Of a stretch of 64,000 nt of DNA, positions 8,984 to 18,483 are shown one piece after another. Source of the stretch: Myxococcales bacterium (GTDB lineage: Bacteria > Myxococcota_A > Polyangia > Polyangiales > Polyangiaceae); contig JAYTOU010000003.1 in assembly GCA_043747615.1 (NCBI GenBank), forward strand, positions 96,001 through 160,000, read 5' to 3'. Position 1 is the stretch's first letter. Every line of letters starts with the position of its first letter. The notes beneath the pieces are model-generated. The model saw only the letters and a list, made by a program, of their open reading frames with translations, had not been told where the DNA came from and did no database searches. The position numbers and the translations under genes were made by a program.

Positions 8984-9848
8984 CTAGCCGGCCGCCTGCA
9001 CGGACCCCGAGCTTGGCACTTCCAGCGACATCCGCCCGAGGAGCCCATCGCGAAACTCGTGAACGAGAATGTCCGCGGCCTTGTGCACATCGACCACGCC
9101 TCCGCTCTTTAGACACCCGCGACGACGACCGATCTCCTCGAGAAGCGCAGTCTCGCTCTCCGGGAGCTTCGTGATCTTGTAACGCGTCATCACCTGCTCG
9201 GGGTAGCGCTCGAGAAAAAAGCGCGCGGCGAAAAGAGCGACGGTCTCGTAGTCGATCACCGTATCGGGAATGGCTCCGCCGAGCGCCAGGCGAACCGAGA
9301 TCGCGCTGTCCTCGAGGTTCGGCCAGAGGATGCCCGGCGTATCGGAGATGGTCATTCCGCTCTTCAAGGTGACGAGCTGCGTCCCTTTGGTGACCGCGGG
9401 CTCGTCGCCGACCTTAGCGACTTTGCGATCCATGAGCGTGTTGATGAGCGTCGATTTGCCGACGTTCGGGATCCCTACGATCATCGCGCGTACGGTTTTT
9501 CCTGGACCGCTCGGATGCGTCGCCAACTTCTTGCTCAGCTCGGCGATGCGCTTCTTCGTCTCCGCCGTGCGGCTCGTGGTGAGGGCGACGGCCAGCACTT
9601 TACCGCCGACGGACGAGGCCTCGAAGTAACGAAGCCAGGCCTCGGTGATCTTTGGATCGGCGAGATCGCTTTTGTTGAGGACCTTGATGCACGGCTTCTG
9701 CCGACGGAGCTCGGTGACCACGGGATTCGCGCTCGCCCGCGGCATGCGCGCGTCGAGGACCTCGATGACCACGTCCGTCTTCGCCATCGAATCGGCGATC
9801 GACTTCCGAGCCTTGGTCATGTGACCGGGGAACCACTGGATCGACATT
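8984..9848 (-). CDS. rbgA: Ribosome biogenesis GTPase RbgA/YlqF
   Basis: N-terminal MSIQWFPGHM, DARMP, NKSDL (G4), GIPNVGKS (G1), DTPG (G3) in circularly permuted order. Confidence 0.95.
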
Positions 9849-9942
9849 GTCAGCCGAGGAACGTACTCGAGTGCGGCGTGTCCCCGGAATTTGATTGTGG
9901 GACACGCCACATCGTCCCGATCGTCGACTAGACTCGCCCCGC

Positions 9943-10236
9943 GTGGAGGAAGTGCTCGAATACGTCGTGGCGCTCGTCTTCTGGACGGCATCGGTTTTCT
10001 TCGTCGTGTGGAACGACGAGCGAAATCTCACCCAAGGCGAGGCCGACCGCGCATGGCCGAAGGTTAGTCGCTTGGCGGCCGTCGTGGCCTTCGGGCCGCT
10101 CTGCCTTCCTGTTCATTTCTGGAGGACACGGCGCTCGTTTCTGGGCGTCTGCATCGGCGTCTCCTACGTGATCGATCTCGCTCAACTCAGCTGGCTTTTA
10201 GGCGAGGCGATCGAAAAGCTCAGCCCGGGGTGGTAG
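9943..10236 (+). CDS. Small hypothetical membrane protein
   Basis: About three hydrophobic segments; GTG start inferred; lies directly upstream of mlaE. Confidence 0.6.
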   Translation: MEEVLEYVVALVFWTASVFFVVWNDERNLTQGEADRAWPKVSRLAAVVAFGPLCLPVHFWRTRRSFLGVCIGVSYVIDLAQLSWLLGEAIEKLSPGW

Positions 10237-10254
10237 GGTCCTCGCGCCGAAGTC

Positions 10255-11076
10255 ATGGCCGCCGCAACCTCCCCCACCGATCCGTCAGAGAAGCCGTCGC
10301 GCGCCATCGCGTTCGCGAGCGCCGTGGGCGCGTCATTTCTCGAGATCGCAGAGACCACTGGCGGGATGGGCGTCCTCTTCGGGCGCATCCTGTCGCGCCT
10401 CTTTCCGCCGCGCTTCGACGCGACGGAGCTCAAGCGAAACCTCTATAAAATGGCCGTAAAGTCGCTGCCCATCGTGGTGGTGACGGCGCTCTTCACAGGC
10501 GCCATCATGGTGATCCAGGCCGCGCCGATCGTGAAGCGCTACGGAGCTGAGGGGCTCCTCGGTTGGGGAGCTGGCTTCGGCACCCTGCGGGAGATCGCTC
10601 CGCTCCTCACGGCGCTCATGATCTCGGGACGCGTGGGAGCGAACAACACCGCCGAGCTCGGAACCATGGTGGTCACCGAGCAGGTCGACGCCCTCCGCGC
10701 GCTCGCCATCGACCCCATCTCGTTTCTCATTTTGCCCCGCTTCATCGCCATCATCATGACCCTCTTCATGATGACGCTCTACGCCGATTGCCTTGCCCTC
10801 GTTGGCGCCGCGTACACCGGACAAGGGCTCATAGGCGTCACCCCCATCTTGTTTTACCGTGGCCTAACGAGCGGGCTCCTCAACTTTGGCGACGTCGCGA
10901 ACGGGCTCATCAAGAGCCTCGTCTTCGGGATGATCATCGCCCTGTCGAGCTGTCACTTCGGTCTGGCCACGAGCGGCGGTGCGCCAGGCGTCGGTCGCGC
11001 CGTGAACTCCACGGTGGTCGCGAGCGCCGCAGGCATCTTCATCCTCGACTACCTCGTCAGCTTTCTCCTCGGATGA
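10255..11076 (+). CDS. mlaE: MlaE/YrbE family ABC permease
   Basis: 'LREIAPLLTAL...GRVGA...AELGTMVVTEQVDAL' and 'GVGRAVNSTVV'. Confidence 0.93.
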   Translation: MAAATSPTDPSEKPSRAIAFASAVGASFLEIAETTGGMGVLFGRILSRLFPPRFDATELKRNLYKMAVKSLPIVVVTALFTGAIMVIQAAPIVKRYGAEGLLGWGAGFGTLREIAPLLTALMISGRVGANNTAELGTMVVTEQVDALRALAIDPISFLILPRFIAIIMTLFMMTLYADCLALVGAAYTGQGLIGVTPILFYRGLTSGLLNFGDVANGLIKSLVFGMIIALSSCHFGLATSGGAPGVGRAVNSTVVASAAGIFILDYLVSFLLG

Positions 11077-11080
11077 TCTC

Positions 11081-11935
11081 ATGAGCGCCCCCCCGCCCTC
11101 GACCGAGCTCCCGCCCGAATCGCACGAGCTCGACCAACCCGATGCCGCGATCGAGCTGGGTTACATCGGAACCCTCGGAGCCAACGCCATAGAGCTCGCT
11201 CAGGGCGCGCGCGAGCTCTACTCGGTCTTCGTGCGTACGCTCTATTACGTCTTTCGCGGGAAGCGCGAGAAGGGCGCGCTCATCGAGCAGATGTACGCGA
11301 TCGGAAACAAGAGCCTCTTCTTCATTTCGATCACCATGGGCTTCATAGGGATGATCCTCGTCTACCAGGCGGGGCTCCAGGCGAAGCGCGTCGTCCCCGA
11401 CTACACGATGCTCGGAGCAACGTACCTCGAGCTCCTCGTGCGCGATCTCGCAGCGTCGCTCGGCGCGCTCATGCTCGCGACCCGCGTGGGCGCCGGGATC
11501 GCCGCTGAAATTGGCTCGATGGTGGTGACCGAGCAAATCGACGCACTGCGCATGTGCGCGGCCGATCCGATCGACTTTCTTCTCGTGCCTCGGTTCCTGG
11601 CGAGCATGGTGATGAGCTCCGTCCTCATCGTGTGGGCAGGCGCGATCGCATTCACGGCGGGCGCGCTCACCGCCTACCTGGCCTTCGATGTCCCCGCGCA
11701 CACCTTCTTCAACATGCACCTCGTCTCCTGGGGAGACCTCATCACCGGCGGCACCAAGTGCATCGCCTACGGCGCGGCGATCCCCATCGTCAGCGGGCAC
11801 TCCGGGCTCTCCACCTTCGGTGGCTCCGAAGGGGTGGGCTGGGCGACGACCCGCGCGGTCGTCAACTCGTCGCTCGCGATCATCATTCTCAACTTCTTCA
11901 TTTCGAGCGCGGCGTTTCTCATCTTCCCGCAATGA
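11081..11935 (+). CDS. mlaE: Second MlaE/YrbE family ABC permease
   Basis: 'AAEIGSMVVTEQIDAL' and 'GVGWATTRAVV'. Confidence 0.93.
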   Translation: MSAPPPSTELPPESHELDQPDAAIELGYIGTLGANAIELAQGARELYSVFVRTLYYVFRGKREKGALIEQMYAIGNKSLFFISITMGFIGMILVYQAGLQAKRVVPDYTMLGATYLELLVRDLAASLGALMLATRVGAGIAAEIGSMVVTEQIDALRMCAADPIDFLLVPRFLASMVMSSVLIVWAGAIAFTAGALTAYLAFDVPAHTFFNMHLVSWGDLITGGTKCIAYGAAIPIVSGHSGLSTFGGSEGVGWATTRAVVNSSLAIIILNFFISSAAFLIFPQ

Positions 11936-11945
11936 CGCGCCCCAC

Positions 11946-12689
11946 GTGATTGAATTCAAGAACATCGCCAAGGCCTTCGGACCGAAGCCCGTCCTCGACG
12001 ACGTGAGCTTCGAGGTTCGCACCGGCGAGGTCTTCTTCATCATCGGCGCGTCGGGCGTGGGAAAGAGCGTCCTCATCAAGCACCTGATCGGGCTTCTTTA
12101 CCCGGACAAAGGTGAGATCTGGCTGGACGGCGAAGAGATCAGCCACCTCAGCGAAACGGGCATGTACCCGATTCGAAAAAAGTGCGCGATGGTCTTTCAG
12201 CACTCGACGCTCTTCGACTCGATGACGTGCGCCGAGAACGTCGCCCTCCCCCTCCGCAAGCACAAAGGGCTGAGCGCCAAAGACGCGCTCGACGAAGCGC
12301 AGCGGCGCCTCGAGCTCGTCCACATGCGGGAGTTCGCGGGCCGTTACCCCTCGGAGCTCGGAGACGGCATGCGAAAGCGGGTGGCCATCGCCCGAGCGCT
12401 CACGCTCGAGCCGGCGTATGTCCTCTTCGACGAGCCGACGACGTCGCTCGATCCGGTGAGCGCGCGCCGCGTGGACAAGCTGATTCGCGAGCTGTCGGAC
12501 AAGCTGGGGGTGACGTCAATCGTGGTGAGCCACGATCTTTCGAGCATCTTCACGATCGCGGACCGAATCGTGATGCTTTATAAAGGCCGGGTTCGTTTAA
12601 TCGGCACGAAGGACGAATTCAGAAGCTCCGCCGACGGCATCGTTCAGCAATTCATCAACGGCCGGGCCACCGGCCCCATGGACCTCTAG
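11946..12689 (+). CDS. mlaF: Second MlaF-family ABC ATPase
   Basis: GASGVGKS, 'MRKRVAIARAL', 'FDEPTTSLDP'; GTG start at 11946. Confidence 0.92.
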   Translation: MIEFKNIAKAFGPKPVLDDVSFEVRTGEVFFIIGASGVGKSVLIKHLIGLLYPDKGEIWLDGEEISHLSETGMYPIRKKCAMVFQHSTLFDSMTCAENVALPLRKHKGLSAKDALDEAQRRLELVHMREFAGRYPSELGDGMRKRVAIARALTLEPAYVLFDEPTTSLDPVSARRVDKLIRELSDKLGVTSIVVSHDLSSIFTIADRIVMLYKGRVRLIGTKDEFRSSADGIVQQFINGRATGPMDL

Positions 12690-12691
12690 AA

Positions 12692-13711
12692 ATGGCGCAG
12701 GAGAAGTCGATCGAAGTCAAAGTCGGCATCTTGATCCTCGTCTCCGTGGGGATCCTGGGAGCGTTCATCCTGGTCATGGGCGGCCTCTCCTTCGAACGGA
12801 CCTACCCCGTATTCGTCGATTTCGACAACCCGGGCGGCCTCCAATCCGGCGCGCCCGTGCGTCTGGCAGGCGTCAAAGTGGGCACGGTAGACGAGCTGCG
12901 CTTCATGGGCGGAGTCGTCGATCCGAAGACCAACCGGCGCACGCTGGTCCGCGCGAAGCTTTCCATTCAGGTGCGCGCGAAGGACACCATCCACGAGGAC
13001 GCGCTCTTTTACGTGACGACGCAAGGCGTGCTCGGCGAACAATTTCTTTCCATCGAGCCGGGAAGCTTGAATCGCCCGATTCTCGCCGAAGGGGCCATCG
13101 TGAAGGGGCTCGATCCGCCGCGCCTCGATCTTTTTCTGGCCAAGGCCTACGAGCTGCTCGACACCACGGTGACGGCGCTGAAGAACAACCGCGAGCTCAT
13201 CAGCGACATCGCGGTGAACACCGCGGGGCTTCTAAAAGGCTTGAACGGAGCGGTCACGGAAAACCGCGAGCGCGTCAACCGCACGATGGAAAATCTCGAG
13301 AAGCTGACGGCGGAAGCCAACGCGCTCACCAAAGATGCGCACACCACGATCAACAATCCGAAGATCCTCCGCACCATCGACAACATCGACAAGATCGCCG
13401 GCGACGTCCAAAAAGACTCGCAGCCAATGCTCAAGGACGCTCGGGAGGCGCTCGCGAACATCAACCGCGCGTCGGCCACGGTGGGCTCGCCGGAGGAGCA
13501 AGCCAAGCTCAAAAAAGCGATCGAAGACATCGCCGAGCTCGCCTCCCGCGCCAACGCGACCGCCTCCGACGCGCAGCAAATCGTCGCTCACATCAAGAAG
13601 GGCGAAGGCACCGTCGGCGCACTCCTCATGGACGAAGAGATCTACGACAACGTCCAGGAGATGGTGCGCGATCTGAAGCACAACCCGTGGAAGTTCTTGT
13701 GGCGCGAGTAG
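12692..13711 (+). CDS. mlaD: MCE/MlaD family protein
   Basis: 'EVKVG' TM anchor, 'GLQSGAPVRLAGVKVG', 'GVLGEQF', helical C-terminus 'GTVGALL...NPWKFL'. Confidence 0.93.
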   Translation: MAQEKSIEVKVGILILVSVGILGAFILVMGGLSFERTYPVFVDFDNPGGLQSGAPVRLAGVKVGTVDELRFMGGVVDPKTNRRTLVRAKLSIQVRAKDTIHEDALFYVTTQGVLGEQFLSIEPGSLNRPILAEGAIVKGLDPPRLDLFLAKAYELLDTTVTALKNNRELISDIAVNTAGLLKGLNGAVTENRERVNRTMENLEKLTAEANALTKDAHTTINNPKILRTIDNIDKIAGDVQKDSQPMLKDAREALANINRASATVGSPEEQAKLKKAIEDIAELASRANATASDAQQIVAHIKKGEGTVGALLMDEEIYDNVQEMVRDLKHNPWKFLWRE

Positions 13712-13808
13712 TGCGCAGGGTCGATTTCGCCGTTTTGCTTCGAGCGATCCGGTCAAGTGATCTGCGCGTTCGGGTAGACTCGACGCCGGGGACCAGAATG
13801 GCGACGAC

Positions 13809-14936
13809 GTGCCCGTAGAGCCCGGGGACCTGCTTGATCGGTACCGCATCGTCACGCGTCTCGGGGCGGGCGGCATGGGCGAGGTCTTCCATGCGTTCGA
13901 TACGCGCCTTGAGCGCAACGTCGCGCTCAAGCTGCTCCACGCCGAGACGGAAGCCGCGTCGACCGCCGGCAACCTGGCGGTTTCGAACGGAGTCGCGCGC
14001 ATGCTTCGGGAGGCGCGGGCGGCGGCGGCGCTCGAGCACCCGAACGTCATCTCGATCTACGATGTGGGCGAAGTACAGGAGCCTGCGTCGCTCCGCGGCA
14101 CCCCATTTTTGGCAATGGAGCTCATCAAAGGGAGCTCGCTTCGCGTCTTCGGGCAAGACAGGAGCGTTCCTTACGCTGAGCGTCTGCGTTGGCTCATCGA
14201 CATCGCCAAGGCGCTCGGAGCTGCGCACGCGCAAGGGCTCGTCCATCGCGACGTGAAGCCGGAGAACGTGATGATCCGCCAGGACGGCGTGGTCAAAGTC
14301 CTCGACTTCGGGATCGCGAAGAGGAGCTACGGCAGCGTCGACCCCGCGCAGTCGACCGAATCCCGCCTCCTTCCCATGCCGACGCTGACGACCGGCAACG
14401 TCGCGGTGGGCACGCCTTATTACATGGCGCCCGAGCAGATGCGGGGCGACGCGCTCGACGGACGGGCCGATCAGTTTTCGTGGGGAGTGATGGCCTTCGA
14501 GATCCTTTGCGGAAAAGGTCCATGGCGGATGGACGGCGACGCGCTCAGTCTCGTGGCGGAGGTTTTGTCGAAGCCCGCGGAAATGCCGAGCGGTCACGAC
14601 GTGCCGCCAAGTGTCGCGAAGGTGATCTTGAAGGCGCTCTCGAAGTCGCGCGACGATCGTTTTCCATCGATGACGCGCCTGCTTCAAGAGCTGCAAGAGA
14701 GGGAGCCGGTAACGTCGCCCGTCGCCTCACAGCCGAGGCTATCTCTCGATGAGGCGGCGAATCTCGGGAGCGCGAAGACCGAGATCTTTCAAAGCATCCG
14801 CGAAGCGAAGACGGTCCCGTCGAAGTTCCCGCCGCCCAGGCGCTTCCGGAGGCGGGCGAGCTCACGCTCGGTCGCGGCGAGGACTGCGATGTTCGCGTCG
14901 ACGACCGGAAGGTATCGCGCAAGCACGCGATCTTGA
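13809..14936 (+). CDS. Hanks-type Ser/Thr protein kinase, C-terminally truncated or frameshifted
   Basis: LGAGGMGEV, VALK, HRDVKPEN, DFG, GTPYYMAPE; its last ~35 codons run out of frame over an FHA coding sequence. Confidence 0.85.
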   Translation: MPVEPGDLLDRYRIVTRLGAGGMGEVFHAFDTRLERNVALKLLHAETEAASTAGNLAVSNGVARMLREARAAAALEHPNVISIYDVGEVQEPASLRGTPFLAMELIKGSSLRVFGQDRSVPYAERLRWLIDIAKALGAAHAQGLVHRDVKPENVMIRQDGVVKVLDFGIAKRSYGSVDPAQSTESRLLPMPTLTTGNVAVGTPYYMAPEQMRGDALDGRADQFSWGVMAFEILCGKGPWRMDGDALSLVAEVLSKPAEMPSGHDVPPSVAKVILKALSKSRDDRFPSMTRLLQELQEREPVTSPVASQPRLSLDEAANLGSAKTEIFQSIREAKTVPSKFPPPRRFRRRASSRSVAARTAMFASTTGRYRASTRS

Positions 14937-16163
14937 GGCTCGGCGCAACATTCGAGATCGTCGATCTCGGTAGCTTCAACGGGACGCTCGTCCGCGGGCA
15001 CCGCTTGAAACCCCAAGTGCCCACCGAGATCAACGTGGGCGACATGATCACCCTCGGGACGTCGGTGCTCGTCCTCCAGAGCGCGCCGATGCACGATCCG
15101 CCGGCACGGGTGTGGAGCCAGGCGGCCTTCGAAGGGCGCACCGAGGCCGAACGCCAGCGCGCGGGGGGGACGGGTACGTCGTTTGCGCTCGTGCAAATCA
15201 GGCTGGAATCTGCGGCGACCGCGGACCCGTCGCGATCGACGTCTGGGGGCCGACGTGGCCGAGAACGTCGCGCGCGTCGAAAAGCTGGAGGCCGCACTTC
15301 GTGCGTCGCTTCGCACGAACGACGTCATCGGGTCTTACGCCGTCGGTGTCTACGAGATTCTCCTTTGCGAGACGGCGCCGGACGTCGCCAATCGACTGGC
15401 TTCGCAGCTCGCCTCGCGGCTCAACGTCGATGGCTTCAAGGCGGAGCTTGGCATCGCCTGTTATCCGCGCGACGGGCTCACCCACGAGGCTCTTCAGGAG
15501 AGGGTCGAGGCCGCGCTCAGCGACCCCAATGACGTGCCGCCGGCGGGTGATCGACTCGATCGCGGTTTCATGAAGGAGATGGAGCAGGTCATCGATCGCA
15601 TCTCGGCCGGGATGATCAACGTGCTCATCCTCGGCGAAACCGGAGTCGGAAAAGAGGTGCTCGCGCGGGCGCTCCACGAGCGATCCCCGCGCCGCGACGC
15701 GCCGCTTCTCTGTCTCAACTGCGCGGCGTTGTCGGAGCCGCTCCTCGAGAGCGAGCTCTTCGGACATGAGCGCGGCGCGTTCACCGGCGCGACGCAGGCG
15801 AAGCCGGGGCTCCTCGAGTCGGCGCAAGGCGGGACGGTGCTTCTTGACGAGGTCGGAGAGATGCCGCTCGCGCTTCAAGCGAAGCTCCTGCGTGTGCTCG
15901 AGCAGCGCGAAGTACTGCGGATCGGATCGGTGCGACCGCGGCCGATCGACGTGCGCTTCGTCTCGGCGACCAACCGAGATCTGGAAGATGAGATCGATCT
16001 CGGTCGATTCCGGCGCGATTTGTTCTTCAGACTCAATGGGATTTCCGTGACGATTCCGCCGCTGCGTGAGCGGCCAAACGAGATCGAGTGGCTCGCACGC
16101 GCGTTCGTCGTGCACGTGTGTGAGCAGGCGAAGCGCGCGGCTGGGGCAGCATGGTATCCCTAG
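14835..16163 (+). pseudogene. Disrupted FHA / GGDEF-like / sigma-54 activator gene
   Basis: FHA 'LPEAGELTLGRGEDCDVRVDDRKVSRKHA...DLGSFNGT' has no start codon; frameshift at G5 run 15245-15249; AAA+ 'GETGVGKE...GAFTGA...LDEVGE'; ends before the WPGN lid and HTH. Confidence 0.75.
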
Positions 16164-16235
16164 GCCGCGAAAGAAGCCCTAAGCGCGCCTAGCCCCATTG
16201 CGCACGAGCCGCGTAACAACGATGGGACGAGCGCT

Positions 16236-16565
16236 CTAGTCCAGCGCGGAATCGACGGGGCCGGTATCCATCATCATCATCATCGGAGCATCGCTGGCTG
16301 CGTCCCCTGCGTCTCGGCGCGGTCCGGAATCCGCGGCGGGCATCATGGGGACCTTCTGGATCCCGGTGAGGTCACTTGTGCACGTGCGCTTGCCAGCCAT
16401 GCTCATGTCGGGCGCGCAAATGAGCCCTTCCTGACAGTCGGTGGCCTGAAAACATTCCCCACCGGCCGCCACGAGCTTCGGCGACGAGCTGCACGCCACC
16501 ATGATGCCGCATACGGCAACCACATTTGCCAGAGCCAAGCCGGCGCGAACGGGTCTCACCGACAC
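16236..16565 (-). CDS. Small Cys-rich lipoprotein with acidic low-complexity tail
   Basis: Lipobox MVAC, 'GGECFQATDCQEGLIC', tail DSG/DAG/MMMMMD. Confidence 0.7.
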   Translation of the reverse strand: MSVRPVRAGLALANVVAVCGIMVACSSSPKLVAAGGECFQATDCQEGLICAPDMSMAGKRTCTSDLTGIQKVPMMPAADSGPRRDAGDAASDAPMMMMMDTGPVDSALD

Positions 16566-16577
16566 AGGCTAGCGCGC

Positions 16578-16793
16578 CTACCCGAGCGTGACGAGGACTT
16601 GGCCTTCGGAGACGGCTTCCCCTTCTTTGCAGGCGATTTTGCTGACCGTCCCGCTCGCCGGCGCCTCCACGGGCATCTCCATTTTCATCGATTCGAGGAT
16701 GACGCAGGTCTGCCCTTCGGTGACCACGTCGCCTTCTTTGACTTCAATCTTCCAAACCGTACCCGTGATGTGCGCGCAAACGTCGGTAGCCAT
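16578..16793 (-). CDS. Stand-alone biotinyl/lipoyl carrier protein
   Basis: 'ILESMKMEMPV' biotinylation motif, 71 aa. Confidence 0.92.
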   Translation of the reverse strand: MATDVCAHITGTVWKIEVKEGDVVTEGQTCVILESMKMEMPVEAPASGTVSKIACKEGEAVSEGQVLVTLG

Positions 16794-16967
16794 GAGCCGA
16801 GACAGTACCCAATTTTTAGCTCTGCACGCGTTCCAATCAGGATGGCCAACAAAGTGGGCTCAAACGGCGCGTCGAGGTCTTTAGCGGAGGGTTTGCGAAC
16901 GGGAAGGGAAGCCGGTAACTTTTTGAGGCTGCCGGAAAGCCGTTCGCATAGTAGGAAGATACCACCC

Positions 16968-17711
16968 ATGGCGGAACAGAAAGAAAGCTCGGTCCTCTTC
17001 TCACTCAAGGAGCTGATGAACCTCGAGGAGGACAGGATCAAGTCCGAAGAAAACGAGAAAAAACGTCAGGAGGACGCCGCTGTACAAGCGCGCCTCGATG
17101 CCGAGCGTCGTGTCCGCGAAGAAGAAGAAGCGCGCATGCGAGCGGCCGACGAGTCGCGCCGCGTATCCGAGCAGCGCACCCGGGAGGAGTCGGCGCGCGT
17201 CGATGCCATCCGGCAGGCCGAGATGGAGAAGGCCCGGCTCGATGCCGAGAACGCCGCCCGCCTCGATCAGCTCAAACAGCACCAAGAGCACGAGCAGCGA
17301 ATCCACGCGCTCGGCCAGGACGAAGGCAAAAAGAAGCTCAAATTCATCGCCATCGGCGCGGTGGCCTTCCTCTTCCTGGTGATGGTCGGCGGAGGCTTCG
17401 CGATCAACAGCACGCTCCAGAAGCAGAAGGCGCTCGAAGCCCAGCTCAACACGATGAACGACGAGCGCGACGCCCTCAACGCGAAGCTCAAGAACGCCAC
17501 CAGCCCGGAAGAGCGCGCTGCCCTCCAGGCCGAAATCGACGCGAAGAACGAAGCCATCGAGCTTGCCAAGAAGAACCCTGGAACACCCGCGCCGGCCGCG
17601 AAACCTGCGTACCGCCCACCGTCGGGCGGAGTCGGCGCGGCACCGGTGAAGCCGGCCGTGAAACCGCCGTGCAATTGCAGCCCTGGCGATCCGCTCTGCA
17701 GTTGCCTTTGA
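16968..17711 (+). CDS. Hypothetical bitopic coiled-coil membrane protein with C-terminal Cys motif
   Basis: AGGAAG SD; charged coiled coil, single TM, Pro/Ala linker, ends 'CNCSPGDPLCSCL'. Confidence 0.8.
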   Translation: MAEQKESSVLFSLKELMNLEEDRIKSEENEKKRQEDAAVQARLDAERRVREEEEARMRAADESRRVSEQRTREESARVDAIRQAEMEKARLDAENAARLDQLKQHQEHEQRIHALGQDEGKKKLKFIAIGAVAFLFLVMVGGGFAINSTLQKQKALEAQLNTMNDERDALNAKLKNATSPEERAALQAEIDAKNEAIELAKKNPGTPAPAAKPAYRPPSGGVGAAPVKPAVKPPCNCSPGDPLCSCL

Positions 17712-17732
17712 CCCTCCCGGCTTAGAGACACG

Positions 17733-18482
17733 TTGGCGACGATCCCCGCGGGCTTGGTTCCGCACGCGAACCCTGCTTCTCGCATCATTTTCGCGCTCGA
17801 TTTCTCGACGATCGCGGAGGCGACCGCGGCGGCGCAGAACCTCGGCGAGCGCGTGGGGATGGTCAAGATCGGCCTCGAGCTCTTCGTCGCGGGGGGCCCC
17901 GAGGCCATCAAGATCGGAGCCGCGGTCGGCCTTCCGGTCTTCCTCGATCTAAAGCTCCACGACATTCCCGAGACCGTCGAACGCGCCATCAACCGCGCGG
18001 CCGCCTTCAACTGCCGTATCATCACGGTGCACGCGAGCGGGGGCTCCGAAATGCTCCGCCGCGCGGTCCGGGAGGCCGAATCCTCACGCACCGACCTCCA
18101 AGTCGCGGCAGTCACCGTTCTCACCTCCCTCGACTCACCGGATCTTGCGACGCTCGGTATCTCCGGCGGCGTGTCCGACCACGCCAGTCGCCTCGCCAAG
18201 GTAGCCTTTGATCAAGGCGTCCGGAACTTCGTGTGCTCTCCACACGAAGTCGCGATGATGCGAGCGGTGCTTGGTAAAGACGTGACCTTGATCACGCCCG
18301 GCGTGCGACTCTCGGATCGCCAGAAAGACGATCAGAAGCGCATCGCCACGCCGGCCCGCGCGGTGCGCGAAGGAGCTGATTTCGTGGTGATCGGTCGTCC
18401 CATCCGCGACGCCACGAACCCAGTCTCCGCCGCCGAAGAGGTTGCGCGAGAGATCGCTCACGGGCTCACGGAGCGCACCTGA
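17733..18482 (+). CDS. pyrF: Orotidine-5'-phosphate decarboxylase
   Basis: 'VFLDLKLHDIPETV', 'VTVLTS', 'TPGVR', 'DDQKR', 'VIGRPI'. Confidence 0.96.
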   Translation: MATIPAGLVPHANPASRIIFALDFSTIAEATAAAQNLGERVGMVKIGLELFVAGGPEAIKIGAAVGLPVFLDLKLHDIPETVERAINRAAAFNCRIITVHASGGSEMLRRAVREAESSRTDLQVAAVTVLTSLDSPDLATLGISGGVSDHASRLAKVAFDQGVRNFVCSPHEVAMMRAVLGKDVTLITPGVRLSDRQKDDQKRIATPARAVREGADFVVIGRPIRDATNPVSAAEEVAREIAHGLTERT

Positions 18483-18483
18483 C

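Noticed and set aside
16903..16940. 'AGGGAAGCCGGT' resembling a cobalamin riboswitch
   Set aside because: No CCC..GCaACTGT element or B12 box, and the downstream gene is unrelated
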